Positions 35,368 to 49,676 of a stretch of DNA of 64,000 nucleotides are shown here, piece by piece. Position 1 is the first letter of the stretch. Every line of letters begins with the position of its first letter. A program made the translations under genes and the position numbers. The notes below the pieces were generated by a model. It saw nothing but the letters and a program-made list of their open reading frames with translations. It was not told where the DNA came from and searched no databases. Source of the stretch: Antedon mediterranea (lineage: Eukaryota; Animalia; Echinodermata); the NCBI RefSeq assembly GCF_964355755.1, contig NC_092671.1:18352001-18416000 (forward strand), read 5' to 3'.

Positions 35368-36399
35368 CCAAGCATCATAACCACCAAGCCACAACTCCAC
35401 TCCTAAAATCTCAACAAGGCTAATCTATTTTACTTGATGTTTCAAGATCAACAGTTACACATTTAAAAACAAAATATGCAACCGTTAGTGAATTCGTCTA
35501 CGAAATAATACAGGGGGAAGCGTAGGCCGCCATAGTTGTTAGTTATTTTATGATGATAATGGACAAATAAAGCATTTTAGTATTAGTAACACTTTTTTAG
35601 AAACATGTGAAGGTTAGGCCTAATTAATTAAAAACCAAAATTAAAGGTCGATTTGTATATAGGTCCTAAACAGGATTTGATTAATCAAATATATTTATAG
35701 AAATGATGATAAACTAGATTTTAATTGATCATATTGACGAATACAAAATACGTTACAGGTCTACGTTAAAACAAGTGGATTATGATAATGATTGAAATAG
35801 GCCTGTTATCATTATCATTTCATACGGTACCAGATAATCAGATTTATCAAACTGTCTAAGCAAAAGATAAACTATGTGTTAAGTGAAGTAAAATTATTTT
35901 ATTGTAAATGCCAAGGCTCTCTGAACTATCAACATTAATAATAAAGGAAAACACACTATTTCCTCTTTCAAACCAACCATTGTCGTTGAATTCAAGTTGA
36001 TTAACACCAATACTAATTTATTGACATGCACGATTTAGTGGCACTCAAACCAGAAAGGTGCGTCAAATCATCCAATTTTAATATGAAAGCAACCAATTAC
36101 AATACAAACCACAAAGCCAATTTCTATGGAATGGTGAAAAGTCAGTCAATTATTTGAAAAAACCCCATAGTTTCAATATATAACAAGCTGTATTTAAACT
36201 AACATTCAATAAATTTGTGATTCCAAAACGTGAGAATATTTTGGTGTTGCGGTTTGTCATGCCAGAACCCTCCTCTGAAAATTGGACTGATAAGTATTGT
36301 CTGGAAATGCTTATGATATGCTCATAATCTACATATAATGATAATAATAATATTTTATTTATTCAGCAGGTTATATCATGGACAATCTTAATAAATGTT

Positions 36400-37983
36400 A
36401 TTATTTTAAGTCATTGAAAAATTCTAAAGTAACATCATGAAAAGGTCATTATTACACAAGGCCTGTGCTTACTTAAACCAAATATTTTAAAATCATGTGC
36501 AATGCAGTTATCGTATATTTTCTCAATTATTTTTAATTTGTGTTTCACAACTAGTTCACTTCCAGAAACATGGAAACAATCATCTATTGTTCCTATTCCA
36601 AAAAGCCGTGTTATTAAGTATATGAATGATCTCAGGCCAGTTGCCTTAACATCAGTTGTAGGTAAAATATGTGAAAAAATTGTTTTAAAATGCTTAAAAC
36701 CAATAGTCACTACGCATACTGATCCCATGCAATTTGCATACAGAAGTGCTCGGAGCACAGAAGATGCGATTGTCGTTAAACTTGAAAGGCTGTATCGTCA
36801 TTTAGATAAAACAAAGGTTGGAAATTCAGCCGTGTTATGTATTACGACTTCTCCTCTGCGTTTAACACTATTCAACCCCATTTACTAGTAGATAAGCTGT
36901 GTAAGATGGCCATTCCCCTTAATTTGATTCTTTTTATTCTGAATTTTCTAACAAACAGAAAGCAGTATGTGAAGCTTAGCCCAACAGTATGTTCTGATGT
37001 TAGTGTTTCCAATACAGGTGCGCCACAAGGCACTGTATTAGCCCCTTTTTTGTTTACCTTGTATACAAGTGATTATAGATCTAAATATGATTCTTGCCCA
37101 GTTGTACGATTTGCTGACGATACGGCGATGATTGGCTTGATTCAGAAGGACGATTGCACTTCATATTTAAATGAGATTAATAATTTTGTAAAATATAGTA
37201 ATTATAACTTTTTAGAATTGAATTTTGAAAAAACAAAGGAAATGATTATAGATTTTAGAAAGAAAACGAATAAATGTGATCTAGTTGACATAATGGGTAG
37301 ACAAATTCAGAGGGTGGAAACATATAAATATCTGGGGGTTGTATTTAACAATAAATTGATGTGGAGTAACCACTTGGATCTCGTTATGAAGAAAGTAAAT
37401 ACTAGAATGTACTGTTTAAGACAACTAAACAAGTTCAGTGTAAATAATAATATTTTGATTACATTCTATCAGTCTATTATTGTTGGGGTTTGGAAATATT
37501 GTATTGCAGGGTGGGGTGGAAATGTTACAGATGGAGATAAGGGTAGAATTGATTGTGTGGTAAGAAGGGTTGAGAGGATGTCTGGTTAGTGTCAGCAGTC
37601 GGTGGATTCAGTTTATTGCGAGAACCTGGACAGGCTTTTTGGGATGGTGTTGAGGGATGAAAGTCATCCTGTGAATTCCGATTTAGGCAGTTTCAGGAGT
37701 GCTCGTAGTGGAAGATTGCGATCCGCGGCTGCTGACACAAACCGATATCTTTTCTCCTTTCTGCCCACAGGTATCAGGAGACATCAGCGACATCCATCCA
37801 GATGAGCACCATGAAATAATATGTAATAATATGTTCTTGTTGTGAGTTTTTAATATTGGTATTGTTGTATTGTCATGTTATTTTATATATTGTAATTATG
37901 ATGTATTTGAAGACGAGCAATGTAAATTTTCTCCTTGTGGGAACGAATAAAGATTATACTTGATACTTGATACTTGATACTTG
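36400..37983 (+). mobile_element. 5'-truncated Rex1/Babar-like LINE (frameshifted RT)
   Basis: NDLRPVALTS, DPMQFAYR, DFSSAFNTI, GAPQGTVLAPFLFTLYTSD, FADD, KTKEMIIDFRK; (GATACTT)n tail. Confidence 0.88.
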
Positions 37984-38221
37984 CTTTATGATGTTGTTGC
38001 AAAGGTTTCTATTGTGTAATTAACAGTAGAATGTTATCCAGTCAGAGCTACCCTTTCATCTGCCTATTATAACAATTTAAAAATCACTACATCATTATGT
38101 TCTTTTATTTCATTTAGAGACTATAAACAACCACTGACTTCTACACAATAGGAAAGCTAGTATAGTCTAATCATGTGTACTTGAAATAGCCTCATTGTTT
38201 ACCTGAAGGTAATGCCACTTA

Positions 38222-39050
38222 AGCCTCTTTCTCACAGATGTGCCTGCAATATACCGGTACAGTGCTGGCGTCGTGCCGGTATCGTTACCGGCATATACCC
38301 ATTCTCATCGGACTATCGTGCCGGAAATATAACCGGTATATACCGGCTTTCTGTGAGAAAGGAGTCGGGCATATTATTCGGCCAATAAAAAGTCTCTGAC
38401 AAAATAATTATTGAGGGCGTCCTTTATTGTTATTATTTTTGTCTAGCGATGATATGGCGGCGAATGTTAAGTTACAGATTATTATCTTCCTTTATAGCAT
38501 ATTTATGCAATACATGCTATGTACAGTATATTGTGCATATATTATACAGGTATAGCAATTAATTTGCCGTCATCGGCAATCTGTAAAACACCTTAGAAGG
38601 CTGTAGGCCTACAATTTACAAGGCGACGAAAGGTCAGGCACCAACAAACAAAGAGCTATATGGCTGGCCTAGCCTAGCGGCCTATATAGATTATGCTACA
38701 AATTTCTTCTTGTCCCCTTATTTTAAGCAGCTCTCTTATCTCATTATCCCTCCAGTTCGACATTATTATTGTTAATTGAATAGGCGCCAAAGTGATACAC
38801 TTGACTGCGCAAGGTGTCAAAGCCTCGACGGGGAACCCCGGAATACAACGGCAATACGTTCTCACAGAATGCCCGTCTAGCATTGCGGGGAATATCCCTA
38901 GAATATTACTAGGTCTAAAGCAGGTCATGTCGATGCCGGCATGGTGCCGGCATGATGCCAAGACGACCCGTTCTCACAGAAAACCATACCGGCATGGTAA
39001 TGGTATATTCCCGCAATATTCCTGGCACACAACTCTGTGAGAAAGGGGCT
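38222..39050. mobile_element. Non-autonomous PIF/Harbinger element with a Myb/SANT-like ORF remnant
   Basis: TIR AGCCTCTTTCTCACAG / CTGTGAGAAAGGGGCT, TTA TSD on both sides; minus-strand MSNWRDNEIRELLKIR. Confidence 0.8.
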
Positions 39051-40859
39051 TTATTGTACAAAATGTCAAAGAGAAATTACAATTGTATTGTGAATACTAT
39101 GCATCATACATTCCTGTGGTACATTTTAGAAGAGGTGCAGGATTGGTCCTTTTATTTTTAGTCCCTGTGGTCTGTTACTGCTGGCCAAATAAACAGTTTA
39201 TTTAAAAATTTTAATTTTAAGACCGTTCACATTTCTGCTAATTTTGTGCTCAAATAACCGTTTAAATTTGTGGCTGGTCGTGGAAAAAATGAACATTAAA
39301 CAAAATGCAATGCAATCAAATAACCGTTATTTTTCGTTTAAGATTTTCAATTTTTTTTGTCGAATATGCCATTTGAATTTCTTTTAATAGTTATCCACGT
39401 TGAACAAAAATTGAATCCAAGACAAGGTTTTTGGTTGAATTTGAACATTTATTTTGTCATTTTATATAAGAAAAAATAATTTGTTCGATTTTCTTTTACG
39501 GAAGGGATTAACTTGATTAAAACTATAAAATAACCTATTTAAATTCTTAATTAATTAATCTTCATTTTTCATGTTTTTGGGGGACAATACATAAACGGTT
39601 GAATGATGTTCAACTATTTATTTTACGCAGGGGTGTTGACCTAGTTGCCCGGGCAACACCCTTCATTTTATAGTAACTTTTTTTTCTGCCACTGAATTCA
39701 AATTTAGATCTTATTTCATCATATATAATAATCATTAACGTTATAGAAGTCCAGGGTTGGAAGAGCCTATATATAAATTGACAGACTGCAGCGCAAAACA
39801 AGCAGTCAACAATACCGCGCACAGTTTACTGCTGGTCAGCATATTTTTTTTGTAGATATGTTTCTGAACATGCGTGCGAGAGTACCAATTCTGGCCATCG
39901 AGGGGTGTCATTAAAAAAAATTTGCCTCGCCACAGGCCCCACTATGGCGGGCCTGTGGTGCAAACACTCGGTGTCTACGGCCCTGGACTCTTGGGCATCC
40001 CCCTTAAAATAGTCCTGCGACCACTCTTGGCAGTTATTAAAACTTTGTCCGTTTTCTGCTGCCAAGAAATTTAAGATAATTTATTCACACAGTTAATTAT
40101 CGGTTATATTTTCTCAACAGAAACAACTGAACCTTTTTATAATAGTCGAGCCTGTTTCTATACTGCAAACAAATAACTTTGCAATATTTATTAGTTTATT
40201 ATTTTATCATATAAATAATAAAAGCAATATTATGTTCAAAATGTAAAACTATACAATTTTTGTAAAAGTATTCAAACAAAACATAATCTTATAATGCAAT
40301 ATACCATTTTATCATATATATTTATATTCTTTTTAATACTGAATATCAATCTTTATATCGTTTTAGCTCTGTAATATAAAATTTCTCTGTATACATGTTT
40401 GTTTTATCTAGATTTCAACACAATATCAAAATATTTTATATAATCTTTTAACCTCTGTCTGTGTAATATCACTTAAATATTCATTGATAAATAGATAGAT
40501 AGACATATATTACTGTAACCTTCACCATATATTGTTTATCATTGCAATAAAAGTGGGTTGCCCCCACAAAAGAGAAGAAAAGCCCCAAATAACTGCTCAA
40601 CCAGAAGGCTTTTAGTTCACTACATGATTGTTTAAGTCTACCTACCCATAGAAGAATTATCTGATTAGTCATTTTATGATCGAAGAGACATTGAAAATTC
40701 GTGTTAGGTATTTCAAAATAGAATTTAGTTACCATTGACAGCCACAATGAGCTATTGTTACAAAATTGACTCCACCCGATATGCTACAATGCCGTAGCAA
40801 TTTGGCGTAACTCAACTGATAATTTCATAATATAACAAGGCCATATACAGGGCTGCAGT

Positions 40860-40943
40860 CGCGTGCTTAAGTGAGTGTTTACCGACCGACCAAACGACCG
40901 ACCGACATAGTGAGCTGTAGAGTCGCGTTGCACGCCACTAAAA
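40860..40943. mobile_element. Helentron/DINE-like end fragment
   Basis: (ACCG)n microsatellite followed by imperfect palindrome AGTCGCGTTGCACGCCACT and AAAA. Confidence 0.45.
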
Positions 40944-41133
40944 TAGTATTATAAAGAAGAAAAGCAAAGAGATTATGGAGCGGCTATTCCTGAATATACA
41001 ATAATAAGTACCGTATCGTAATTGTAGTTTTGCGTCAGGGAGTTGAGTAATTAGATGTTTTGCCCTACTCTGACGTAAGTTGTACTTTATGCTAAGTACA
41101 TTTGAGAATACATGCGGGAAAAAATCGCAAGTA

Positions 41134-41206
41134 GTTCTCGGGTGGGACTCGAACCCACGACCTCCAGATCACTAGCCAGGCGTTCATACCTCTAGACCAC
41201 GGAGCT
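41134..41206 (-). tRNA. Degenerate tRNA-like core (AGT anticodon) of a solo element
   Basis: A box TGGTCTAGAGG, perfect T arm GTGGG-TTCGAGT-CCCAC, weak acceptor stem, T6 shortly downstream. Confidence 0.55.
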
Positions 41207-41721
41207 TGCGCTGATGGCTAGTTGTTAAATTCGAGCCCAATTTAACCACTCCAATTAAACATGAAAAATGAATGCATAACAATAACCAGTTAAAGTCGGT
41301 GTGAATAAATTAAAATCGGTGTGAATAAATTAACTCCATTTTCTTGGCAGCAGAAACAGGACAAATTTGAGGTAACCGGTAAAAATTCAGCGCAAAATCA
41401 CCGGCTAAAACACCAATTTAAGGGCGCGTTTATACAACACGCTATTACACGCATATTCTACACGCCTACGAGAAGTGTGTTGTATAACAACAAAGAGATT
41501 CCGTGTAATGAGATTTTAATTGCAAAAAAGGCTACTTGGCTGAATCCTAAAATTTGGTGGATTCCCGGTCGCCGTTACCGTGTTGGAAGTGTCCTCAGGG
41601 TATATTTTGACCTCTCGTTAAAACAGGTCGTAATATCAATCATGTCATGCGACGTTGCTAACAAGATTGGGCCCATTTATTGCTGCTTCGCTGCCAGCAA
41701 TCATCCTCCTACCCCGTCTTA

Positions 41722-41907
41722 AGCGTGGTTCCCACGCACTAGTGACGCAACACAAGGACGTAACGCAACGCAAGTGAATTGACCACCAATCACAATTGAT
41801 GCTTTATTCGCTTGTGATTGCTAACTGTCTATAACTTCGCTTGTCATTGGTTAAAACGCTTGCGTTGCGTTTACGTCCTTGCGTTACGTTCTAGTGGGAA
41901 CCAAGCT
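41722..41907. mobile_element. MITE (PIF/Harbinger-like)
   Basis: TIR AGCGTGGTTCCCAC / GTGGGAACCAAGCT, TTA TSD; related fragment near 14912-14960. Confidence 0.75.
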
Positions 41908-42729
41908 TTACGCCTAGCTAGCCTAGTGGGGCCAACTCGTAGTGGTAGTAGGCCTCTATCGTTTCCCACTCCAAACAGAATAAAAAATAACATCGCAAAA
42001 ATGGCATCTTCTTCCATAGTGTATAGATGAAACAATGAAACCCTTAAAATAACTTTTATTAATTTAAATGAACCGAGAACAAAATAAACAACAATGCAAA
42101 CGTGAACGAATACAATAATGAAAATGGTAAAAACCGCGCGAATACATCGGACAGCGCGGAGGCGACGATGATTGTTGACAACCCAGCCAATTCAAGCGAT
42201 CAACGATTTGACCTTTTATCCTAGCATGCACTGCGTGTTGATGAAACTTCCGGTATAACACGGTATCGTGATTTCTAGTATAACAGCAAACGTTAAGGTG
42301 GGTTGACCTCGGTCCGAACAACACGCTAAAAATTAAAGCCGTGTTCAAATTTAGGGTGTTGTATAAACACGAACTTAGAACGCCGTTTAACCAGTTATCG
42401 CTGAGCAATTTTTAGCTGCAACACGAAATAACGGTTATTTGATTGACAGTTGTGACCCCGAGTCAGATACCGTCGCGTACCATGTGTGTTTTCTTCGTGG
42501 TTTTGACAGTCGAACAAAGAAGTGAACATGTGTGTGGATGAATGAAATCACAAGATAGGTTATTCAGTTTTGGGGGAAGAGAAAGTACAGGGAAGGTGGA
42601 ATGCAATAGAAAAGATTCACAGATATATAAGAGCATTTTTGCAAAAGTAAAAGAGGAATTCGGGGTGGAGTTCCGGACTACCCAAGCTAAACAATTTGAG
42701 GCGTTAATATACACGCTCGCGAAGGGTAT

Positions 42730-43340
42730 GGTCCTATAAACCCCAAAACGGAAACAAAAGGGACTCAGAATGTTGCAAATACCTACCAAACAAGAATAGA
42801 TAATTGTTAATTAATTATGAAAACCCAAATTTTATAGCAAAAATCGTCCGAATTTATGTTAAAAACGATCATAATTTAGCAACAAAAACTGACACCAAAC
42901 GAGCGTATTTATGGCACACCAGTGCCTTTAATAGGAGAACAATGAACAATCTTACTTTGATCGTTTTACATAATATAATTTTTTAGAAAAAAATCACATC
43001 GACAGAAAACAAAGGTTATCAGAGCCTTTGATAATATATTAAATATGATTTTATTAAGAAATGTGTTATTATTTATGTTAGTACATAAATATACGAAATA
43101 ATGTTCAATACTCATTGTTCTATTAAAGGCACTATGTTCGTGCGATATTCTATGACTTTGATTATACTCTCGTTTGATTTAAGTTTTAGTTGCTAAACTC
43201 ATGGTTTTTAACATAAATTCGGACGATTTGTGCTATAAAACTTGGGTTTTCATAATTAATTAACAATTATCTACTCTCGTTTGGTAGGTATTGCAACATT
43301 CCGAGTCTCGTTTTTGTTTGCGTTTGGTGTTTATAGGACC
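42730..43340. mobile_element. Foldback MITE with about 160-bp TIRs
   Basis: GGTCCTATAAAC...GTTTATAGGACC; long inverted arms. Confidence 0.75.
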
Positions 43341-44029
43341 GCGCTCGCGAAAGACAACAGTCGTTAACGTGGGAAGGGCCGTATAACATCGCCTTTGAGG
43401 AATTAGGCTAGATAATTGCGCGACTCTTCCCATGTTATTGAAGGCGCCATGAAAATTAATTTTATTAGCAATGGTAAGTAGGCTTTACAAAAAACAAAAC
43501 TTGTAGACCTGGAGACAACATTATTGTTTTACGATGTTTGAGATATTCGGCGATATCACACACGTGTGTATATACTGACATCGATGTAAACAAACAGCCA
43601 ACTTACTACTTCCGTCAGAGTGTATTGCATTTTGGGTTTTGCTGGACGACCACCCATAGATTTAACCGGTTATTTCGGAGCACAAATTGAGCAGAAACGC
43701 GGTCTTGTAATTGTTATCTATTTTTAATCTATTTTAAAATAACCGGTTAAATTGCGTTATGCAGCAGCTGAAACAGACCCATTGACATGACCCTTGATAT
43801 AATTAGCCTTCGAATTATTGAATTAACTTTGTATAACAGAACATTACTGCCTATTTGGTGTTGTCAAGTGCCATATATTAGGGGTCATCAACAGTTAGTA
43901 AAAAGTTTCTTTCTTTATGGATTACTTTGGGTGTAATGTAACTATAGAAATTCTCAACAAATGGAAGCGGAAATGATTCATAATGGGAATTGTTCACAGA
44001 TAAAGTTTTGTTAAATCAATTGACCTGTA

Positions 44030-44382
44030 TCTATATATAAATTATGGTTAATACTGACAGACGAGCACAATGCAAAAACTGCGGTACAAATCTCCGCCTT
44101 GGATACCTACCTTATCTATCTCAGATGTACCGCGAAACATAGATTTGATAACATTAGTTCTCACATCGACGCTATTGTTCCATTTTTTTCTTTTACAACG
44201 ACAAAATTTAACGTTACCTATCAAAATTTTTGGATATTATTTTCACACACTCGCGCTGTTGTTCAACTGGCTTCCGGGTCGATCACTTCCGGCAAAATGA
44301 CCGTTGGTGGCGCCATTCAATAATAAATACAAAAATATTTTAGTGGTTCAACGTATCGTGAACTACTGAAATTAATTTGTTT
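44030..44382 (+). mobile_element. Helitron family B, 5' fragment
   Basis: Reverse complement of about 31640-31980. Confidence 0.78.
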
Positions 44383-45569
44383 TGTTTGTTTATTTGTTAA
44401 ATATATTACAACTACTTAATTTACATAGTATCAGTAGGTCATTTACTTTATACCATGTATAGCTTATTTTGACATTCACTTTTACATTTAGGCATACCTA
44501 CTTTAGTAGACCTACGAAGCTTATAACCTTACATTTCTGAAACATTGGTCACAAAAATGTCTAAATAATTCTTGGGCCGGACTCGTCGTCAATGGAGTTA
44601 CTTTTTAAGATGTTTTTGCCATACTCTGGACAATTCTCGCTTCACTGAGAATTCAGTAAAATTACGTCAGAGTAGACCAATAAACTTAGCTTTCTGATAA
44701 TTAGTAATTTAAATTATCATCTATAATTTTTTTTTCTTACTGTATTCATTACATTCTCGATTGAAGCATCATTTTGCTAATAAAAATATTAATAAATACT
44801 GTTACTTAATCCTAATATTATACTGATACTTTAAAATGTTTGTGTTTAGATAAATTTTAACATACACTAAGGGTATTTAAATATGAATACAAACTACACT
44901 TGTTTTTAATGGCTGGATTTTTTTAAATTTTCATCCATCTCAAACTTTAAAATTTAGGGTGTTACGAAAGATTCTATTTTTTTTTATGTATCTCTATATT
45001 TTCTGTATTTGTGTCATTTGAAAGCAGAGGACTCTTGTTCTAAAGATTTTTAGTTCACATAGTCTCTGTATTCTTAATACACAGAATATGTCATCTTTCA
45101 CTACTGCACCCACTTTGGTTAGTACAACTTTTAAGTAAAACCTGACCCTAACATTGGGAAAAGTGGTTGGTTACTGTTTGAACCACATGACCTCCATTTT
45201 CACAGTTAACACATTTTGTAAGGGTAAAGGTGTTTCCACACTTTCCCATAATTTCAGTTTAAACACTTCAGGGATTGACAGTTTTTGTGTGACATATTTT
45301 AGCATAGTGTACTATAATCTATAAAAAAAAAACCAAATATAATAAATGTAATTCCTTACAATTAAAACACCTTTCCTAATAGTCTGATCCCTGAAGTTAA
45401 CTCAAATGAGCTTTTCAAAAGAGATATGATTTGTTCATAGGTACATCATCCAAATTGAAATGAATTCACTTCATAATTAGAGTATTTTATATTGTAAGAT
45501 AATGACATCTTATCTTAAACCCAATACAAATCAAATGAAAATCATAAGAACATTTTACTGTATATTTCT

Positions 45570-46200
45570 ATTAAATACATTCTTGTTCAAAATAGGCCTA
45601 CCTGATGTTTTGAGAGATAATTAACATATTTTATATGGCATAATTAGATGACATTTGATTTTGACCTCATACAACTCAATTGCGTCTTTCTGAATATTTA
45701 GGGTCATATTTATATTAAATACGTTCTTGTTAAAAATTCCTGATGTTTTGAGAGATAATTAGCATATTTTATATGGCATAATTAGATGACATTTGACTTT
45801 GACCCCATATACAACTCAATTGCATCATTCTGAATATTTAGGGTCATATTTATATTTAATACATTCTTGTTAAAAATACCTGATGTTTTGAGAGTTATTT
45901 TCAAATTTTATATAGTGTAATTAGATGACCTTTTGAACTTTGAACCCTAATACAACTCAATTACTGTACATTTTTCTAAACCATTAGGGTCATGTTTAGG
46001 CCTATATTTGTACTTATAGTTAAACATTCTTATTCAAAATACCTAATGGATTAAGAGATAATTAGCATATTTAGAGGCCATACTGGAATGACCTTTGGCA
46101 AATCAAATATATTATTCTGAATCTTTGGGGTCATGTTTATATTTGTGTTCAATACATTCTTACACCAAATTCTTTATGATTTAAGAGATAATTGGGATCA
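45570..46200. repeat. Degenerate tandem repeat of about 135-145 bp (4-5 copies)
   Basis: Recurring AATACATTCTT...GAGATAATT...TGAC(C)TTTG...GGGTCAT. Confidence 0.7.
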
Positions 46201-47478
46201 AAGTTGTAAAATGGCAGCCATTTTGATTTTATGCAAATTAGGTAATTTATAATGGGCAGATCAGGGTAGATTTTGGATGTGATCTACATAATAGTTGAGC
46301 ATGTTTCAGCAAAAAAACAAACTGTTGCAATTTGTTTGACTGAAAAGTCTATTTCCAGATTTGATAACATCAGTTTTCACATCGACGCTATTTTTCCATA
46401 TTTCTATCTTAGGAAGATATTATAAAGAGTTTTTTAACAAAATTTATGATTTCAACATTAGATTTTCAACTCAATTTCAATTCTTCGCGGGTCAAAGTAA
46501 TTTCCGGGTTAACCTTGCAACAACCTGGTTTCAACTATTTTCTCTCTTTTATAAACAAGGGAGCAGTTAAAATAATAGATTTGACCCTAAAGGTGACTGG
46601 AAACAGGCACTTTCCATCAATCAATACAGTGTCCCTTTGGAAGGAGGAAGAAGTTGCATAGCCATTTCAGTTTTTTTTTGTTTATTTTAGGAACGGACCG
46701 CGCGTGTGTGAAGGTACAGTAGTTAAAAAATTATACTGCAAATTAATAAAGATCAAATTAAATATACGCCATAAAGAATCGGAATATATTGTGGGAAATA
46801 GTAGGCTATTATAAAATTACATAGGGAGATTTGATGATAAGACATTTTGTTTAAAATCGACTGAAATCCCGATAGTTGATTGAGTAAGCTGCCAGGAATA
46901 ACTGTAGGCTATCTGTGTCCCGTTAGGACCGATATGTCTGCCCATGTTGCAAGCCGTAATGTCTTCTTTCTTGGGCCCACTCTGTCACGGCAGTTAGTTT
47001 CAAAAGATGTTTAAATTAAATAATGTATTAATAATTATTAGGATGGTATTTATTTGAATAAACGCCTCTCCAATAAAACATCACTTTCAATAATAATCAT
47101 TATAGTGATACTATTTGTAGTAGAATTCATCGCACTGTTATCTACAATTTACCAAGCATTTGTTATTCTTTTTTACCACTTTTCATCTATCTATTAGAGG
47201 ATTTCATTTGATTATAAATGTTACCATATTATTAAAACTAAAAAAATTAACATATATCACTCGAATAAGCACCTCCCTCAAATTAACTCCGCCTCCCCAA
47301 AGGGCCCTACCAAACAATAAACACTATACTTTAACATTTTATTTATCATATAAAACACCGTGAAACAGAGTAGTTTAGTTTTACGAATGTCAAGCATTTT
47401 CAATAATGGTAACCGACAGAAAACGTACAAGGAGAACATTTTTATTATTCCGAGAACCATCGTCTACACTATCTAGTA

Positions 47479-48799
47479 TCTATATATAAATTTACGTAAG
47501 GGCAAAATTCGGTAAATCGCGCCTTACTTCTAGAATTTTTACTCGATGATATATAAAGTTGGTTCGTACTTTCGGTACTGATTTTAACCACCTGATGTAA
47601 CCCTGTTTACTAATTAAATTAAGTTAGATAATTAGTTATTGACGATTAAAACGAATTTAGGTTCAACGATTTGCCCCAAATAGGGGTGTTTTGCGATCGT
47701 GGTATACACTGTCTAATGGATGTCCATCTTGAAAAATACCCGCCACAAAAATGCGAGGAGGCTTCGCATTTTCCTATCTCCTCCTACGATAATTGTTTTT
47801 AATAGCTGAAAACTGGTTGAACAGCTAGAGTACAGCATCATAATGTTGAAGACAGGCCGATTTTCTTTAAAAAAATACTATTTTGATAGATTTAATATAC
47901 GATTATACAAATGTATTGATTTGCGATGAATGGAACATCCCAGAGTTTGGTACACAAGTAGGTAAATTTATGAGCCCTTGGTTTAACACATACGGTAGGT
48001 AAATATATGGGTCCTTTGAGAATAAACTTGCAATACTTTAACAATACTGTAAATACCTATTAACTATTTTTGGTCCTCATTTGAATCGAACATTTCTTAC
48101 TGTGAATGTTCGTACTGTTAGATGTAATATAAAAATATATACAAATAAACTTTAATACTGAGATTGTGGTTAGTCTCTACTGTTAGATATATAAACACAT
48201 TATTATATACAAATAAACTTTATACTGACAGTTCCTTCTCAACGTTTGTATTAATTAATAATTACCAATAATATAAACGTCGTAGTGGTGTATCGTAACA
48301 TGTACTTTAATATTTCAATCGATTATGACAGTGACAGTTTTAACAAAGTATTAAATCGCAAATGTTTTACTGTATTTAGAGGTATATTATTTATAGGCCT
48401 ATAAAACATGAACAAAATATTTCGTTACTGAGTGGATAAAGAATATATTTAAAAATTGTTCCTCTTTGTACCTATCCGCTTTCCCATCCCTCAACCCCAA
48501 TGTTACATACAAAAAACAAATTGGGTTTCTTTAAATGAGTCCAAATCAAAAATTTGGACTCATTTTGTGATAAGTTTCTCCTTCGGAAGTAATTCCCAGG
48601 TTGCTAATTTTAGTTGACTACATAAAATTAATCATCGTGTCTATTTATTCGTTTCTATAAACGACAATGTATTATAGTCCTGCGGTACGTACATTTGAAA
48701 TCGCCAGTTTTGTTACGCTGAAATTACTGTGTACGTATTCGAGAACCATCTGTGGGCACGACCTAGATGGTACGCGAGCGAAGCGAGCGTACCATCTAG
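47479..48799 (+). mobile_element. Non-autonomous Helitron family A, copy 2
   Basis: A|TC start; CTAGATGGTACGCGAGCGAAGCGAGCGTACCATCTAG|T end; preceded by a degenerate Helitron 3' end at about 47450-47477. Confidence 0.82.
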
Positions 48800-48939
48800 T
48801 CTTAAATAATTGTTAACAAGGCCATTGTGTCCATCTGTCTGTTAATAGGTTTTATATCTGAATGGTAAAATACTGTAAACCCTCAATGATACAACATTTC
48901 TAATGTTTCTCCTTTACAGTAAGGAGAGCTGGTACTTAA

Positions 48940-49676
48940 AAAGCTTTTAAGAAATCTCAACTTCATAAAGCGCAAAATAATAGTAATTGTTGGGTAAGCG
49001 ATGTAAAACATATGTTATCCTCTATTGGTCATGGAAACATATGGTTTTCACAAAATAATGTCCTTGATAAATTTTATATAGTTAATAAAATAAAAGAAAG
49101 GCTAACCGATATGGAACGCCAATCCTTTCTTGAAAGCATAAATATTTCTTCAAAATTAAGATACTATAAAATGTTCAAAAACAATTTCGGAGTAGATGGA
49201 TACTTACTACAGACCCTTGATACTAGATATAAGCGAGCTTTAAATCAACTAAGACTGGGCATACTGCAACTAGAGGTAGAAAGGGGAAGATGGAAAAGAA
49301 TAGAGCGCAGCAATAGGTTATGTAAAATATGTAATATAAATGAAGTTGAAGATGAATATCATTTTGTTACAGTTTGCTCTCGTTACAAGGAAATCAGAAA
49401 AAAATGTATACCTTCTTTATTATTTGAAAATCCAAATACTTTTAAATTCTGCCGTTTAATGTCATCACAGGATCCACTAATTATTGATAATCTATCTAAA
49501 TATATTTATCATGCTTATAAGCTAAGGTATATGTTTTGCTTAGAGAACGAAATTAATTAATTCATTTATCTTGTGACCATAAATTGCTTTATTTTTCAAT
49601 GTAATTATTATTTTGTTAATTACTAGGGGCCAGAGGCCTAAAGTAAATAAAGTCAGGCGATAAGCCTGAATGAATG
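48940..49676 (+). mobile_element. RTE-X-like LINE 3' fragment
   Basis: LEVERGRW..RLCKIC..VEDEYHFVTVC zinc finger; 3' UTR GGGCCAGAGGCCT, AATAAA, hairpin, (AATG)n. Confidence 0.78.

Larger units (their letters stand above)
39168..43780. mobile_element. Old DNA-transposon remnant (Harbinger-like) with nested insertions
   Basis: About 100-bp degenerate inverted ends (39168-39270 vs 43660-43780); inner inverted pair at about 40047 and 41362; trihelix-like peptide RKDSQIYKSIFAKVKEEFGVEFRTTQ at 42542-42739. Confidence 0.5.
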
